A stretch of DNA of 64,000 nucleotides from an uncultured virus (IMG/VR IMGVR_UViG_3300000117_000018) (taxonomy: Duplodnaviria > Heunggongvirae > Uroviricota > Caudoviricetes). Within the stretch, counting starts at the first letter, position 1. Every line of letters starts with the position of its first letter. Both the position numbers and the translations under genes were made by a program. Under the pieces are notes generated by a model. That model saw only the letters and a program-made list of their open reading frames with translations, ran no database searches and was not told where the DNA came from. The stretch lies in IMG/VR virus record IMGVR_UViG_3300000117_000018; one strand, written 5' to 3'. Positions 1 to 9,732 of the stretch are shown one piece after another.

Positions 1-255
1 GCCAAGTTAGCGGCTGGTGCTGCAGTTCCAGATCAATCAGGTCATGCAGGGCAGTTTCTTACAACCGATGGTACTACTGCAGATTGGGCTTCAGTTGATG
101 GAGCTAAAGAAGGTGTACTCTGGGAAAACAGTCAGACGCTTGCAAATAGTTATTCAATACCAACTGGCAAATCGGCAGTAACAGCTGGACCAGTTACATT
201 AGGATCAGGCGTCACAGTTACACTTGGTGCAACATCAAGGTGGGTCATAGTATGA
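1..255 (+). CDS. Partial (5'-truncated) tail-fibre adaptor-like protein
   Basis: Frame 1 is open from base 1 to TGA 253-255. The C-terminus ENSQTLANSYSIPTGKSAVTAGPVTLGSGVTVTLGATSRWVIV parallels that of 2870..3256. ATGA overlap with the next gene. Confidence 0.6.
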   Translation, partial: AKLAAGAAVPDQSGHAGQFLTTDGTTADWASVDGAKEGVLWENSQTLANSYSIPTGKSAVTAGPVTLGSGVTVTLGATSRWVIV

Positions 256-998
256 GTTCAATTCGTTTATCAGGTACAAGTTCAGGTTACTATGATCTTA
301 CGGTTCCTGCAGTAGCTGGAACAAATAGTATTGACCTAAGTAACTTACCAGTAAAAGATTCAAACGGTAACTTGGGTATTGGTACTGCGACACCTGGCCA
401 AAAACTTCATGTAGAGTCAGCTGGAACAAACTATATTACTACTCGTGATTCTACTTCAGGCGGAATTGCTGGCGTAATTTGTCAAAATGGTTCGGATACT
501 AGAGGTATTCGAATTAATAGCACTAGTTTAGAATTGTATGATTTTTCTGCTGGTGCTTCTAGAATGACTATTGATGCGTCAGGTCGTGTGGCTATGCCTC
601 AACAACCATCGTTCTTTTTTAGAAATGTTAATACTAGTACTAATAACAACCAAGTAATATTATTTGATCAGCAATATCATAATAATGGTAGCCATTATAG
701 TACTTCTACTGGTAGATTTACAGCGCCAATTGCTGGTTATTACTTTTTCTATTCTACGGTTTGTTGGAATAGAACAACAGCAACTGTAGATCATTATTGT
801 GATATAAGACATAACGGCAACACTGCTGTCCGTATGTATACAGATAAAGCCGGTAGCGCAAACGTGCATCCACAGATTAGTGGATGCTATTCTAACTACA
901 TGTCTGCAAATGATTATATCGATATTTTTGCCGTAAGTGGCGGTCCAATTATTAATAATGGAAACCATTGTAACTTTGGTGGATACAAATACGCGTAG
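252..998 (+). CDS. Short tail-fibre tip / receptor-binding protein with C1q/TNF-like C-terminal domain
   Basis: GNLGIGT fibre motif, then YSTSTGRFTAPIAGYYFF (C1q-like). Start moved to ATG 252 (ATGA coupling). Confidence 0.65.
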   Translation: MSSIRLSGTSSGYYDLTVPAVAGTNSIDLSNLPVKDSNGNLGIGTATPGQKLHVESAGTNYITTRDSTSGGIAGVICQNGSDTRGIRINSTSLELYDFSAGASRMTIDASGRVAMPQQPSFFFRNVNTSTNNNQVILFDQQYHNNGSHYSTSTGRFTAPIAGYYFFYSTVCWNRTTATVDHYCDIRHNGNTAVRMYTDKAGSANVHPQISGCYSNYMSANDYIDIFAVSGGPIINNGNHCNFGGYKYA

Positions 999-1006
999 TA
1001 TAAATA
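999..1006 (+). promoter_or_regulatory. T4-type late promoter
   Basis: TATAAATA upstream of 1040. Confidence 0.7.
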
Positions 1007-1039
1007 ACTTTGTAATTAACTTTAACTAGGAGAAATAAA

Positions 1040-1318
1040 ATGCCAAATATTACTGTAGCTCTTACCGATACACAAAATAAGTGTATGGAGTATGCCGCAG
1101 CTGATGTTCAAGACTGGGCCGATAATGCACTTCACAACCGTGCACGTATCGCTCAAGACGAGATCATTGCTGCTTTAGTAGCTCATTGTAATGCAAATGA
1201 GATTGCCCTTGCAACAGGTGCAGATGCTCAAGTTGCGCAGGCCTTTGAATTGGGAGTTGCTAAGACTGCCGCTCAAAGAAATGCTGAAGCTGAAGCCGCA
1301 TTACCAGAAGGTGAGTAA
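1040..1318 (+). CDS. Small tail-associated protein (possible fibre chaperone)
   Basis: 92 aa, helical, SD AGGAG, lies between fibre-tip genes. Confidence 0.5.
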   Translation: MPNITVALTDTQNKCMEYAAADVQDWADNALHNRARIAQDEIIAALVAHCNANEIALATGADAQVAQAFELGVAKTAAQRNAEAEAALPEGE

Positions 1319-2079
1319 TGTCTACCCTTGAACTCGAACATCTAAAACACTCGAGTTCATCGAGCAATAACCTCTCTGTGCATTCAGACGGGTCGTTGAC
1401 ACTTGGGAACCTTACGAATCTTAATGTTAATGGTAATTTAGGCATTGGCACTACATCACCTGTTACGCCTTTACATATTGAAGGTGGCGCCGACTATAAT
1501 ATGAATATAAGATCGGCCAGTAATAGAAGTGGATTAGCAATTCACCATCCTGGTACTGGAGCATTAGGTAGTCCTTTAGGATCTGCTTTAGTATTAGCAA
1601 CAGACGACACTTTTAGATTAGGTACTCAAGCAGTTTATAATATTATTATGCATCAAGACGGAAGTGTTACTAAACCAAACCATCCTGTTTGTTATGGAAG
1701 GTTGTCCAATAATGGTGCACAGGCATCCGGTACTGTATCTTCTCTTCAGGCGCTGTATGATCCTCGAAGTATGGTAAACACAGCTACAGCCGGAGCTCAT
1801 AAAATTGTTGTTCCTACTGCCGGTGTCTATGAAATTAAAGCAGCTCAATTATGTGATCCTGTGGGAACATATGTTTACTTTTATATCCGCGTAAATGGCA
1901 CTTATATATATCACGCTCATAATAATATGATGGGCGGTGGTAGTGACAATATGGATCACCGTGTTAACTGTAATTGGAGCTTGGCTGCCAATGATTCTGT
2001 TGACTTCTATTATGTCCAAGCAGCTACTAACGTGTGGAACGGCAATCACTCTTACTTTTCAGTAAGCTTAATAGGATAA
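1318..2079 (+). CDS. Short tail-fibre tip protein, C1q-like C-terminus
   Basis: MSTL N-terminus, GNLGIGTTSP motif, IVVPTAGVYEI. Confidence 0.6.
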   Translation: MSTLELEHLKHSSSSSNNLSVHSDGSLTLGNLTNLNVNGNLGIGTTSPVTPLHIEGGADYNMNIRSASNRSGLAIHHPGTGALGSPLGSALVLATDDTFRLGTQAVYNIIMHQDGSVTKPNHPVCYGRLSNNGAQASGTVSSLQALYDPRSMVNTATAGAHKIVVPTAGVYEIKAAQLCDPVGTYVYFYIRVNGTYIYHAHNNMMGGGSDNMDHRVNCNWSLAANDSVDFYYVQAATNVWNGNHSYFSVSLIG

Positions 2080-2082
2080 GAC

Positions 2083-2868
2083 ATGGCAACTAGTATTACA
2101 AACACATCAGTAACTACCGACAATCTCACCGTTGATACTGATACTATCCATGTTGACTCTTCAAATAATAGAGTAGGAATTAATACTACATCGCCAGCTA
2201 GTGAGCTGCATATAACGCATCCTACTAGTAGTGCAGCAATGAAACTTGATGCAGCGGCTGGTCAACAAGCTTCATTTTTATTATCAGAAGGTGGAGCAAA
2301 TAAATATAACATTTCTTCAGTAGCTTCTGATAATCATTTTCAAGTATATAACTATTATAATAATACTAGAGCACTTGGTATCAGTGATGCTTCAATTATT
2401 ACTCAACCGTATCAACCAATACTTTCTTTGCAACCGGACACAAGCAGTAATGTAACAACGCCTGATAGCAATAACTACATTGTAGGCTGGAAAACTGTTG
2501 GTGGAAGACAAACCTTGTTAAGGGCCGGGCTTACACTGAGCGCAGCAAGTGGGTCTACTCATATAGCAAACGGAAATAATACTGGAAGAATTACTTTTTC
2601 TACTGGTGGTGTATATTATTTTGATTGTACTATTAGAATGGAAAATACACCGGGCGCCGGCAATATATATGTTAGGTTTAACGACACCACTATACATCGC
2701 CAGCACGTTGAAGTGTGGGCTCGGTATAACTACGGTCACGGCTTTGTCTCGAGGTGTGTGACAGCATCTCCTAACGATTATATGGATTTTGGAGTAGCTG
2801 TTCCGAGTGGAACATTTAGTGGTAGCGGTGATACTGTTAACTGGCTTACAATCATGAAGGTAGCATAA
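2083..2868 (+). CDS. Short tail-fibre tip protein, C1q-like C-terminus
   Basis: VDSSNNRVGINTTSP fibre motif; TGRITFSTGGVYYF. Confidence 0.6.
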   Translation: MATSITNTSVTTDNLTVDTDTIHVDSSNNRVGINTTSPASELHITHPTSSAAMKLDAAAGQQASFLLSEGGANKYNISSVASDNHFQVYNYYNNTRALGISDASIITQPYQPILSLQPDTSSNVTTPDSNNYIVGWKTVGGRQTLLRAGLTLSAASGSTHIANGNNTGRITFSTGGVYYFDCTIRMENTPGAGNIYVRFNDTTIHRQHVEVWARYNYGHGFVSRCVTASPNDYMDFGVAVPSGTFSGSGDTVNWLTIMKVA

Positions 2869-2869
2869 T

Positions 2870-3256
2870 ATGTCAAACGCAAGAAACTTAGCAAATCTCT
2901 TAAACTCTGATACTGGAATTACTTCGGCTGACATTCTTGATGGAACTGTAGCAACCCTTGATATTCAAGATTCTGCAGTTAGTACTGCCAAGATTGCTGA
3001 CGGTGCTATTACCTCTGCAAAGATTGATAGTGGAGTTACACTTGGAGTCGGCGCGTTTCAAGGAGACAATGTTAGTGGTGCACTCAGGGGTGATACCACA
3101 GACGGAAAGAAAGACATCTTTCGAGTACACGAAAAAGAATTAAATACAAATGTGACCATTGCAGCTACTGATAATGCTTTGGCTTCTGGTCCGTTAACAG
3201 TTGCAAATGGTATTACATTGACCATTGCTAACGGTGGGAGGCTTGCAATAGTATGA
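2870..3256 (+). CDS. Tail-fibre adaptor-like protein
   Basis: MSNARNLA start, (S/T)AKI(A/D)(D/S)G repeats, C-terminal GPLTVANGITLTI paralogous to 1..255. Confidence 0.55.
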   Translation: MSNARNLANLLNSDTGITSADILDGTVATLDIQDSAVSTAKIADGAITSAKIDSGVTLGVGAFQGDNVSGALRGDTTDGKKDIFRVHEKELNTNVTIAATDNALASGPLTVANGITLTIANGGRLAIV

Positions 3257-3927
3257 GTACACTAGCAGTAGATGCAATTACCAACGCAACTGGTACAAGT
3301 GCAGTAACTATTGATTCTTCTGGAAATCTTGCTACTTCTGGAGATGTAACTATTCCAGCTGGCCAGAAACTTGTTGCAGCGGATACAGCTTCGATTTATG
3401 CTCCGGGTATGGTAGTTAATATTACACAAAGTGATAAGATTGGAAGTTCAAATCTAGTAGTTAACACAACATCATATAGTAATAACAAAGCAAATTATCT
3501 TCATTTAGGATCAGCATATAATCTTACCGTCACTACCAAGCTAGCTAATTCTTGGATTGTTGTAGATGGAAGAATTGGTCTAGCTAATACTAATAGCTCA
3601 CACGGTTACTTTGATATGAAAGTTTTTACAAACGGAAGTGATGGTGGAACAGCTCAGTGGCTATCTGAATTAACAGCTCCTGGAGCTACTGGCAACGCTT
3701 TACCAGATGGTCTTATTGCTAATCACATGAACAGTTACTCTCAAAACCATATTGAATCTTTTAAAGTAATCTATCAACCAAATGTTGCAGCTGGAACTGT
3801 TTTGAGATTTGATCCACATGTTGCAGCTTGGAGTGGTGGAAATGTGTATATCAATAAACACGCAAGTGCAGGTAACTACAATCAAATTTCATTTACAAGA
3901 TTTATAGCTACGGAGATTGCGCAATGA
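3253..3927 (+). CDS. Tail-tip / receptor-binding-like protein
   Basis: MSTLAVDAI N-terminus shared with neighbours; beta-rich; ends TEIAQ. Confidence 0.5.
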   Translation: MSTLAVDAITNATGTSAVTIDSSGNLATSGDVTIPAGQKLVAADTASIYAPGMVVNITQSDKIGSSNLVVNTTSYSNNKANYLHLGSAYNLTVTTKLANSWIVVDGRIGLANTNSSHGYFDMKVFTNGSDGGTAQWLSELTAPGATGNALPDGLIANHMNSYSQNHIESFKVIYQPNVAAGTVLRFDPHVAAWSGGNVYINKHASAGNYNQISFTRFIATEIAQ

Positions 3928-4487
3928 GTACTTTAGCAGTCAATACAATTACAACGCAAACTGGATCAGATATCGTTGTTGCGCCAGGTAAAAATCTTTT
4001 AGCTCATGGGAATACTATTAACATTTATGAAGCTACTAAAACTGATGTTCAGTCTATGACTGGGTATACTTTTGTCGATATAACTGGTCTTTCAATTACT
4101 CTTACACCAGTTAGCGCGTCAAGTAAATTCTTAATTCACTATGCTGTTGTAGCTTCAAGTGACTATTACAAAACATATATAAATCTTTTAAGAAATGGTA
4201 CTTTATTGGGAGCAAATGCTGATGGTGCTGGAGATAATAGATATAGAGGAACATCAGCTCATGCAACAGATATGACTATTTCCAACGCGCACGGAATAGT
4301 TCATAACCACAGTATTACTTTTTTAGATTCGCCTGCAACTACAGGTTCGCTTACATATAAGCTTCAAAGCGCGGGCAGGGGATCGACTTATGTATCATAC
4401 ATTAATAGATCTGTTCCTGATCGAGCGCTAGGTGAATACGACGATAGAACAGTTTCACGCATGATTATTCAGGAGATTGCCGGATGA
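3924..4487 (+). CDS. Tail-tip / receptor-binding-like protein
   Basis: MSTLAVNTI; DITGLSITLTP..SSKFLI, LDSPATT..LTYKLQ, ends QEIAG (pattern typical of marine phage tip proteins). Confidence 0.55.
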   Translation: MSTLAVNTITTQTGSDIVVAPGKNLLAHGNTINIYEATKTDVQSMTGYTFVDITGLSITLTPVSASSKFLIHYAVVASSDYYKTYINLLRNGTLLGANADGAGDNRYRGTSAHATDMTISNAHGIVHNHSITFLDSPATTGSLTYKLQSAGRGSTYVSYINRSVPDRALGEYDDRTVSRMIIQEIAG

Positions 4488-5011
4488 GTACATTAAGAGT
4501 AGGTGCAATCCAATCAGCAACTGGTAATACTGCAATTACACTAGCAAATGATGGTACTCCAACCCTTGCGAGTCCTCCAATCATTACAGCTCCTATTATT
4601 CTTTCAGCTAGATCAGGTACAGACATAGGGTCGGCTGGCATTATACCATATAACTTAGTAAACATTGATACTGCTAACGCACATGATACTTCTACGTCAC
4701 GATACACCTGCCCTCGAGCAGGATACTATGAAGTAGCTTTTAATTACCTGCTTCGTAACTGTACAAGCGGCCATAGAACAAATGTTCGCAAAAACGGAAA
4801 TATACAAAGTGTTGGCTGGGACGGCACCAATACTAATAGATCTCTTGTCTGGACTTATGTAAATACCGGTGAAATAAACATAGCAGCTTCAACTATTGTT
4901 CAATGCGCGCAAAGTGATATACTAGATGTTCACTTATATTATATTGCTAATGGTGATATTTACGGTAACACAAATGCTCATAACCAACTAACGATTAAAC
5001 TATTAAGCTAA
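4484..5011 (+). CDS. Tail-tip protein, C1q-like domain
   Basis: MSTLRVGAI; HDTSTSRYTCPRAGYYEV. Confidence 0.6.
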   Translation: MSTLRVGAIQSATGNTAITLANDGTPTLASPPIITAPIILSARSGTDIGSAGIIPYNLVNIDTANAHDTSTSRYTCPRAGYYEVAFNYLLRNCTSGHRTNVRKNGNIQSVGWDGTNTNRSLVWTYVNTGEINIAASTIVQCAQSDILDVHLYYIANGDIYGNTNAHNQLTIKLLS

Positions 5012-5023
5012 ATTCTTAAAACG

Positions 5024-5031
5024 TATAAATA
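5024..5031 (+). promoter_or_regulatory. T4-type late promoter
   Basis: TATAAATA upstream of gp13. Confidence 0.75.
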
Positions 5032-5062
5032 GTATCGAACAGTTAATTTATGGGATACTATT

Positions 5063-5809
5063 ATGGCAAATCCAACCACAAGAGCAGAACTGATTACGCA
5101 TTGCCTTCGTAGGCTTGGTGAGCCCGTGCTTGAAGTTAACGTTGACGAAGATCAGTTAGAAGATCGTGTTGATGAGGCTTTACAGTTTTACCAAGAGTAT
5201 CATTCGGACGCAATTGTAAAAAATTACTATAAGTATGCAATTACCGCAACTGATGTAACTAATGAGTACATTACTCTGCCTTCCACAATTACAACAGTAC
5301 AAAGAATTTTTCCAATTGATAGCTCTGCATCAAGCAATAATATGTTTAGTGCACGATATCAATTGAGGCTTAATGACATTTATGATCTAGGTTTTATTGG
5401 ATCACTTGCTCATTATGAACAGACACAACAATACCTATCAATGCTTGACATGAAGCTCAATGGCGCAGAGCAAGTAAGGTTTAATCGAAATTCAAATAGA
5501 CTTTATATCGATGTAGATTGGTCAGCCGATTTACCAGTTGGTAAGTTTATTGTAGTAGATTGTTATTCAGTTATAGATCCAACTGCACATGCAGAAGTAT
5601 ATAATGATCTGTTTCTTAAACGATACACAACAGCTCTTATTAAAAGGCAATGGGGTCAAAATCTATCTAAGTTCGAAGGTATGCAATTACCTGGCGGAGT
5701 TCAGATAAATGGTCGGCAGTATTTAGAAGAAGCAAACGCAGAGATTGATAAAATCGAAGAAGAGATGCAACTAAAATACGAAGCTATGCCAGAATTCTAT
5801 GTAGGATAA
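5063..5809 (+). CDS. gp13: Neck protein gp13
   Basis: LRRLGEPVLEVNV, KRQWGQNLSKF..MQLPGGV; synteny. Confidence 0.93.
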   Translation: MANPTTRAELITHCLRRLGEPVLEVNVDEDQLEDRVDEALQFYQEYHSDAIVKNYYKYAITATDVTNEYITLPSTITTVQRIFPIDSSASSNNMFSARYQLRLNDIYDLGFIGSLAHYEQTQQYLSMLDMKLNGAEQVRFNRNSNRLYIDVDWSADLPVGKFIVVDCYSVIDPTAHAEVYNDLFLKRYTTALIKRQWGQNLSKFEGMQLPGGVQINGRQYLEEANAEIDKIEEEMQLKYEAMPEFYVG

Positions 5810-5813
5810 AGAC

Positions 5814-6731
5814 ATGGCAACTAATGTATATTTTAGTCCTAAGGTAAAAACTGAACAAAATCTATATGAGGATATTGTTATTGAGTCGCTTAAGATGTAT
5901 GGGCAAGATGTCATATACATTCCTAGGCAACTAATCAATCGCGATGAACTCTTAAATGAAGACTATTCTAAATTTACTGATGCATACACTATTGAAATGT
6001 ACATTGAAACTTCTGAAGGCTTTGCAGGTGAAGGTGATTTACTTGGAAAGTTTGGAGTTGAAATACGTGACCAAGCTACATTTGTAGTAGCACGTAAACG
6101 CTGGGAAAACTTAGTAGGGTTTTACAATAACTCAATTAATGATACAAGACCAAGTGAAGGTGACTTAGTATACTTGCCGTTATCAAGATCTTTATTTGAA
6201 ATTCGTTTTGTAGAACATGAACAGCCGTTTTATCAGTTAAATAACTTACCAACATATAAATTGGAATGNGAGTTATTCGAGTACTCTAATGAGGAACTGG
6301 AAACAGGCATACGTGAAGTTGATGAGTTACAAGAACGTTATTCATACCAACAGGTATTTACTGTTAATAACGGATCGGGACATTTTGCTCCTGGTGAAAC
6401 AATTAGGCAAAACACTGGTGAAGTTGATCAATTAGGTGCACCAATATATGTAACTGCCGAAGTTGTGGCCTTTAGTGTTTTAGTTGGTGTAGGTACTCTT
6501 ACAGTTATTAATGAAGTCGGTAGTGATGGAACTGCAAGAAAGTTTAAGGTAAGTAGTTTAGCTGCTGATATTATTACTGGCTTAGACAGTGGAGCAACTT
6601 GGTATGTCCAGGTAGATGCGCCTGAATTAGCTATGTCTGGTGATCCATATGCACAAAACCAAGACTTTGAAACACTTGGTGATAATATAATTGACTTTAC
6701 AGAGTCCAATCCATTCGGAGAAATTACATAA
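5814..6731 (+). CDS. gp14: Neck protein gp14
   Basis: ESLKMYGQDVIYIPR, KFGVEIRD, PSEGDLVY; one N at about 6269. Confidence 0.92.
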   Translation: MATNVYFSPKVKTEQNLYEDIVIESLKMYGQDVIYIPRQLINRDELLNEDYSKFTDAYTIEMYIETSEGFAGEGDLLGKFGVEIRDQATFVVARKRWENLVGFYNNSINDTRPSEGDLVYLPLSRSLFEIRFVEHEQPFYQLNNLPTYKLEXELFEYSNEELETGIREVDELQERYSYQQVFTVNNGSGHFAPGETIRQNTGEVDQLGAPIYVTAEVVAFSVLVGVGTLTVINEVGSDGTARKFKVSSLAADIITGLDSGATWYVQVDAPELAMSGDPYAQNQDFETLGDNIIDFTESNPFGEIT

Positions 6732-7720
6732 TGTTCGGAACTTATTTTTATCATGCCGCCATCAGGCGAACAATAGCTGTATTTGGTACTTTATTTAATA
6801 ATATTGAAGTACATAAAGATGACGCAAGTGGAAACATTCTGCAAACTATTAAAGTGCCTTTAGCTTATGGACCTAGGTCTAAGTTTCTGGCAAGGGTACA
6901 AGATCAAAGTAATTTAAGTGATTCTAAGTTAGCGATTAAGTTACCAAGAATGTCTTTTGAAATTACTTCAATGACATATGATACTACACAAACAGTTAAT
7001 AAAACAAACGAAATTAGAGTTGGCTCTATTACAAATAACACTCGCAATTCTGTAAGAACACCTACTCCATATCGTCTTGGTATTCAATTAAATATCATGA
7101 CAAAAAACCAAGATGAAGCTTTACAGATTTTAGAACAGATTCTGCCAACGTTTAAACCAGATTATACAGTAACTATTAATGAGGTTCCTGCAATTGGTAT
7201 TAAGTCAGATATACCTATTGTTCTTACTGGTGTGACTATGAATGATGATTATGAAGGTGACTTTATAACTAGACGAGCTATCATATATTCATTAGAGTTT
7301 GAAACACGAGTTAATTTCTATGAAGCAGTTCAGAATAAGAAAACAATACGTAAAGTAACAAATGACTTCTTTGATTTTGATGCACAAAATAATGCTCTAC
7401 TAGAACGTCAAACAGTTACCACTAATCCTACAAGTGCAAATGTAACTGACTCATATACATATGATGTGTTATATCCATTCCCGGCTGTTGCTGACAGTAT
7501 TAGAGTTGTATTAACTAATGTTGTTGGTAATTTTACCGTTGGTGAAACCGTTGCGGCCACTACATCTGGATCTACCGGTGTAGTTAAATCATGGGATAGT
7601 ACTGGTAATATATTAATCGTATCTAATCCTACAGCGTACTTTGTTATACCTGAAAGAGTTACAGGCGCAACATCTAGTGCTTTAGGTGATGTACAAAGTT
7701 CAACTAATGTGTATGTATAA
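6731..7720 (+). CDS. gp15: Tail sheath stabiliser/terminator gp15
   Basis: YFYH..IRR...FGTLFNNI, KVPLAYGP, LPRMSFE. Confidence 0.92.
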   Translation: MFGTYFYHAAIRRTIAVFGTLFNNIEVHKDDASGNILQTIKVPLAYGPRSKFLARVQDQSNLSDSKLAIKLPRMSFEITSMTYDTTQTVNKTNEIRVGSITNNTRNSVRTPTPYRLGIQLNIMTKNQDEALQILEQILPTFKPDYTVTINEVPAIGIKSDIPIVLTGVTMNDDYEGDFITRRAIIYSLEFETRVNFYEAVQNKKTIRKVTNDFFDFDAQNNALLERQTVTTNPTSANVTDSYTYDVLYPFPAVADSIRVVLTNVVGNFTVGETVAATTSGSTGVVKSWDSTGNILIVSNPTAYFVIPERVTGATSSALGDVQSSTNVYV

Positions 7721-8073
7721 TGAAAAAAGATATTGAAGATGATTATGACTTTGCTAGGTCACAATACTATAATCTAGCAGAAAAAGGTAATGAAGCGATC
7801 GATTTGATGATGGACTTAGCCCGTGAATCTGAACATCCACGTGCTTTTGAGGTTTTATCAACTGCAATTAAGCAAAATGCTGAAGTTGCAGATAAATTGA
7901 TGAAGCTGCATAAAGAACGTAAAGAGGTAGAAACACCTACTGCAGCTCTTCCAAATAACAGTATGACACAGAATAATCTCTATGTAGGTTCGGCAACCGA
8001 CTTACAAAAGATGTTAATTCAAAAAGCGAAAGAAAAAGAGACAGTAATTGAATCAGATACGTATAAAGAATAG
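7720..8073 (+). CDS. gp16: Terminase small subunit gp16
   Basis: DDYDFAR, ESEHPRAFEV, NNLYVGSATDLQK. Confidence 0.9.
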   Translation: MKKDIEDDYDFARSQYYNLAEKGNEAIDLMMDLARESEHPRAFEVLSTAIKQNAEVADKLMKLHKERKEVETPTAALPNNSMTQNNLYVGSATDLQKMLIQKAKEKETVIESDTYKE

Positions 8074-9655
8074 CGAACTCGGATATCTAGGTAACCCTAA
8101 TATCAAAAGAGACGGTGTTGAACAGGGTTGGTCTTCTGAAGAAATACGTGAATACGCCAAATGTATGAAGGATCCTGTATACTTTGCAAAGAAGTATCTT
8201 AAAGTCATATCCCTTGACCAAGGCCTAGTTGATTTTAATCTCTATGATTATCAAGAAAAAATGTTTACACATTTTAACGATAATCGATTTTCTATTGTAT
8301 TAGCTTGCCGACAATCAGGTAAATCAATATCATCTGTTGGATACCTAGTGTGGTATGCAATCTTTCACCCTGAAAAAACTATTGCTGTTTTAGCTAACAA
8401 AGGTGCAACTGCACGGGAAATGCTAGCCAGAGTTACGCTTATGTTGGAGAATATTCCATTCTTTCTTCAGCCTGGTTGTAAAGCTGTAAATAAAGGATCC
8501 CTTGAATTTAGTAACAATTCTAGAATTATTGCAGCTGCAACAAGTGGTAGTTCTATTCGTGGTTTATCTGTTAACTTACTATTTCTTGATGAGTTTGCAT
8601 TTGTTGAAAATGCTACAGAGTTCTACACATCAACATACCCAGTGGTTTCAGCTGGTAAAGATACAAAGGTAATTATTACATCTACTGCAAATGGACTAGG
8701 TAATATCTACCACAAATTATGGGAAGGTGCTGTTCAAAGCACTAATGAGTTTAAACCGTTTAGAATTGATTGGTGGGATGTACCAGGCCGGGATGATGAA
8801 TGGAAAAGACAAACTGTATCTAATACTTCTGAACTTCAGTTTGATCAGGAGTTTGGTAATAACTTCCATGGAACTGGTAACACACTAATTTCTGGTAATA
8901 AGCTTTTAGAAATGAAAGCTAAAGCACCTATCTATACACAGGATCAAACATTAAGTGTATACGAAAGACCTGATAAGTCTAAAAATTATATGATGTTTGT
9001 GGATGTTGCGAAGGGAAGAGGTCAGGACTACTCTACTTTTAATTTAATCGATATCAGTGCCAAACCGTTTAAACAGGTTGCTGTTTATCGCGACAATACT
9101 ATCTCGCCATTACTCTTCCCTGACATTATATATAAGTATGCAAAAACCTACAATGATGCATATGTTGTTATCGAATCTAATGATCAAGGATCTGTTGTGT
9201 GCAACGGCCTTTATTATGAATTAGAATACGAAAACGTCTTTGTTGAATCAATGGTAAAGAAAAATGCTGTTGGTGTAGAAATGACTCGCAAAGTTAAACG
9301 TATTGGTTGCTCTAATATTAAAGACTTAATTGAAAGAGACCAAATTGCAATTGTGGATGCTGAAACAATTATAGAGTTTTCTACTTTTTGTGCAAAAGGA
9401 TCTAGCTATGAAGCTAGTGATGGCAACCATGATGATCTTGTTATGAATTTTGTATTGTTTGGCTGGTTTGTTTCTACTAATATGTTTAATGATATGACTG
9501 ACATTAGTATTAAACAAATGATGTATAATGAGCAAATGAGACATATTGAAGATGAGTTAGTGCCATTTGGTATCGTTGATACTGGTGTGCAAGAAAAAAC
9601 AGAGGTAATTGATGGCGAAAGATGGGAAGTTGGAGAACCAACTGAGCTTTTCTAA
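8048..9655 (+). CDS. gp17: Terminase large subunit gp17
   Basis: Walker A CRQSGKS, Walker B LFLDEFAF, nuclease DVAKGRGQDYS and HDDLVM; TTG start. Confidence 0.96.
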   Translation: MNQIRIKNSELGYLGNPNIKRDGVEQGWSSEEIREYAKCMKDPVYFAKKYLKVISLDQGLVDFNLYDYQEKMFTHFNDNRFSIVLACRQSGKSISSVGYLVWYAIFHPEKTIAVLANKGATAREMLARVTLMLENIPFFLQPGCKAVNKGSLEFSNNSRIIAAATSGSSIRGLSVNLLFLDEFAFVENATEFYTSTYPVVSAGKDTKVIITSTANGLGNIYHKLWEGAVQSTNEFKPFRIDWWDVPGRDDEWKRQTVSNTSELQFDQEFGNNFHGTGNTLISGNKLLEMKAKAPIYTQDQTLSVYERPDKSKNYMMFVDVAKGRGQDYSTFNLIDISAKPFKQVAVYRDNTISPLLFPDIIYKYAKTYNDAYVVIESNDQGSVVCNGLYYELEYENVFVESMVKKNAVGVEMTRKVKRIGCSNIKDLIERDQIAIVDAETIIEFSTFCAKGSSYEASDGNHDDLVMNFVLFGWFVSTNMFNDMTDISIKQMMYNEQMRHIEDELVPFGIVDTGVQEKTEVIDGERWEVGEPTELF

Positions 9656-9667
9656 ATATCACTTTTT

Positions 9668-9675
9668 TATAAATA
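9668..9675 (+). promoter_or_regulatory. T4-type late promoter
   Basis: TATAAATA upstream of gp18. Confidence 0.75.
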
Positions 9676-9732
9676 AAGGTATGAATATCCGTATTATGAA
9701 AATCTTTTAATGTTAACTAAGGGGAAATACAC

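Noticed and set aside
1..5011. Diversity-generating retroelement or invertase-driven tail switching
   Set aside because: No reverse transcriptase, template/variable repeat pair, invertase or inverted gene copies seen in the window.
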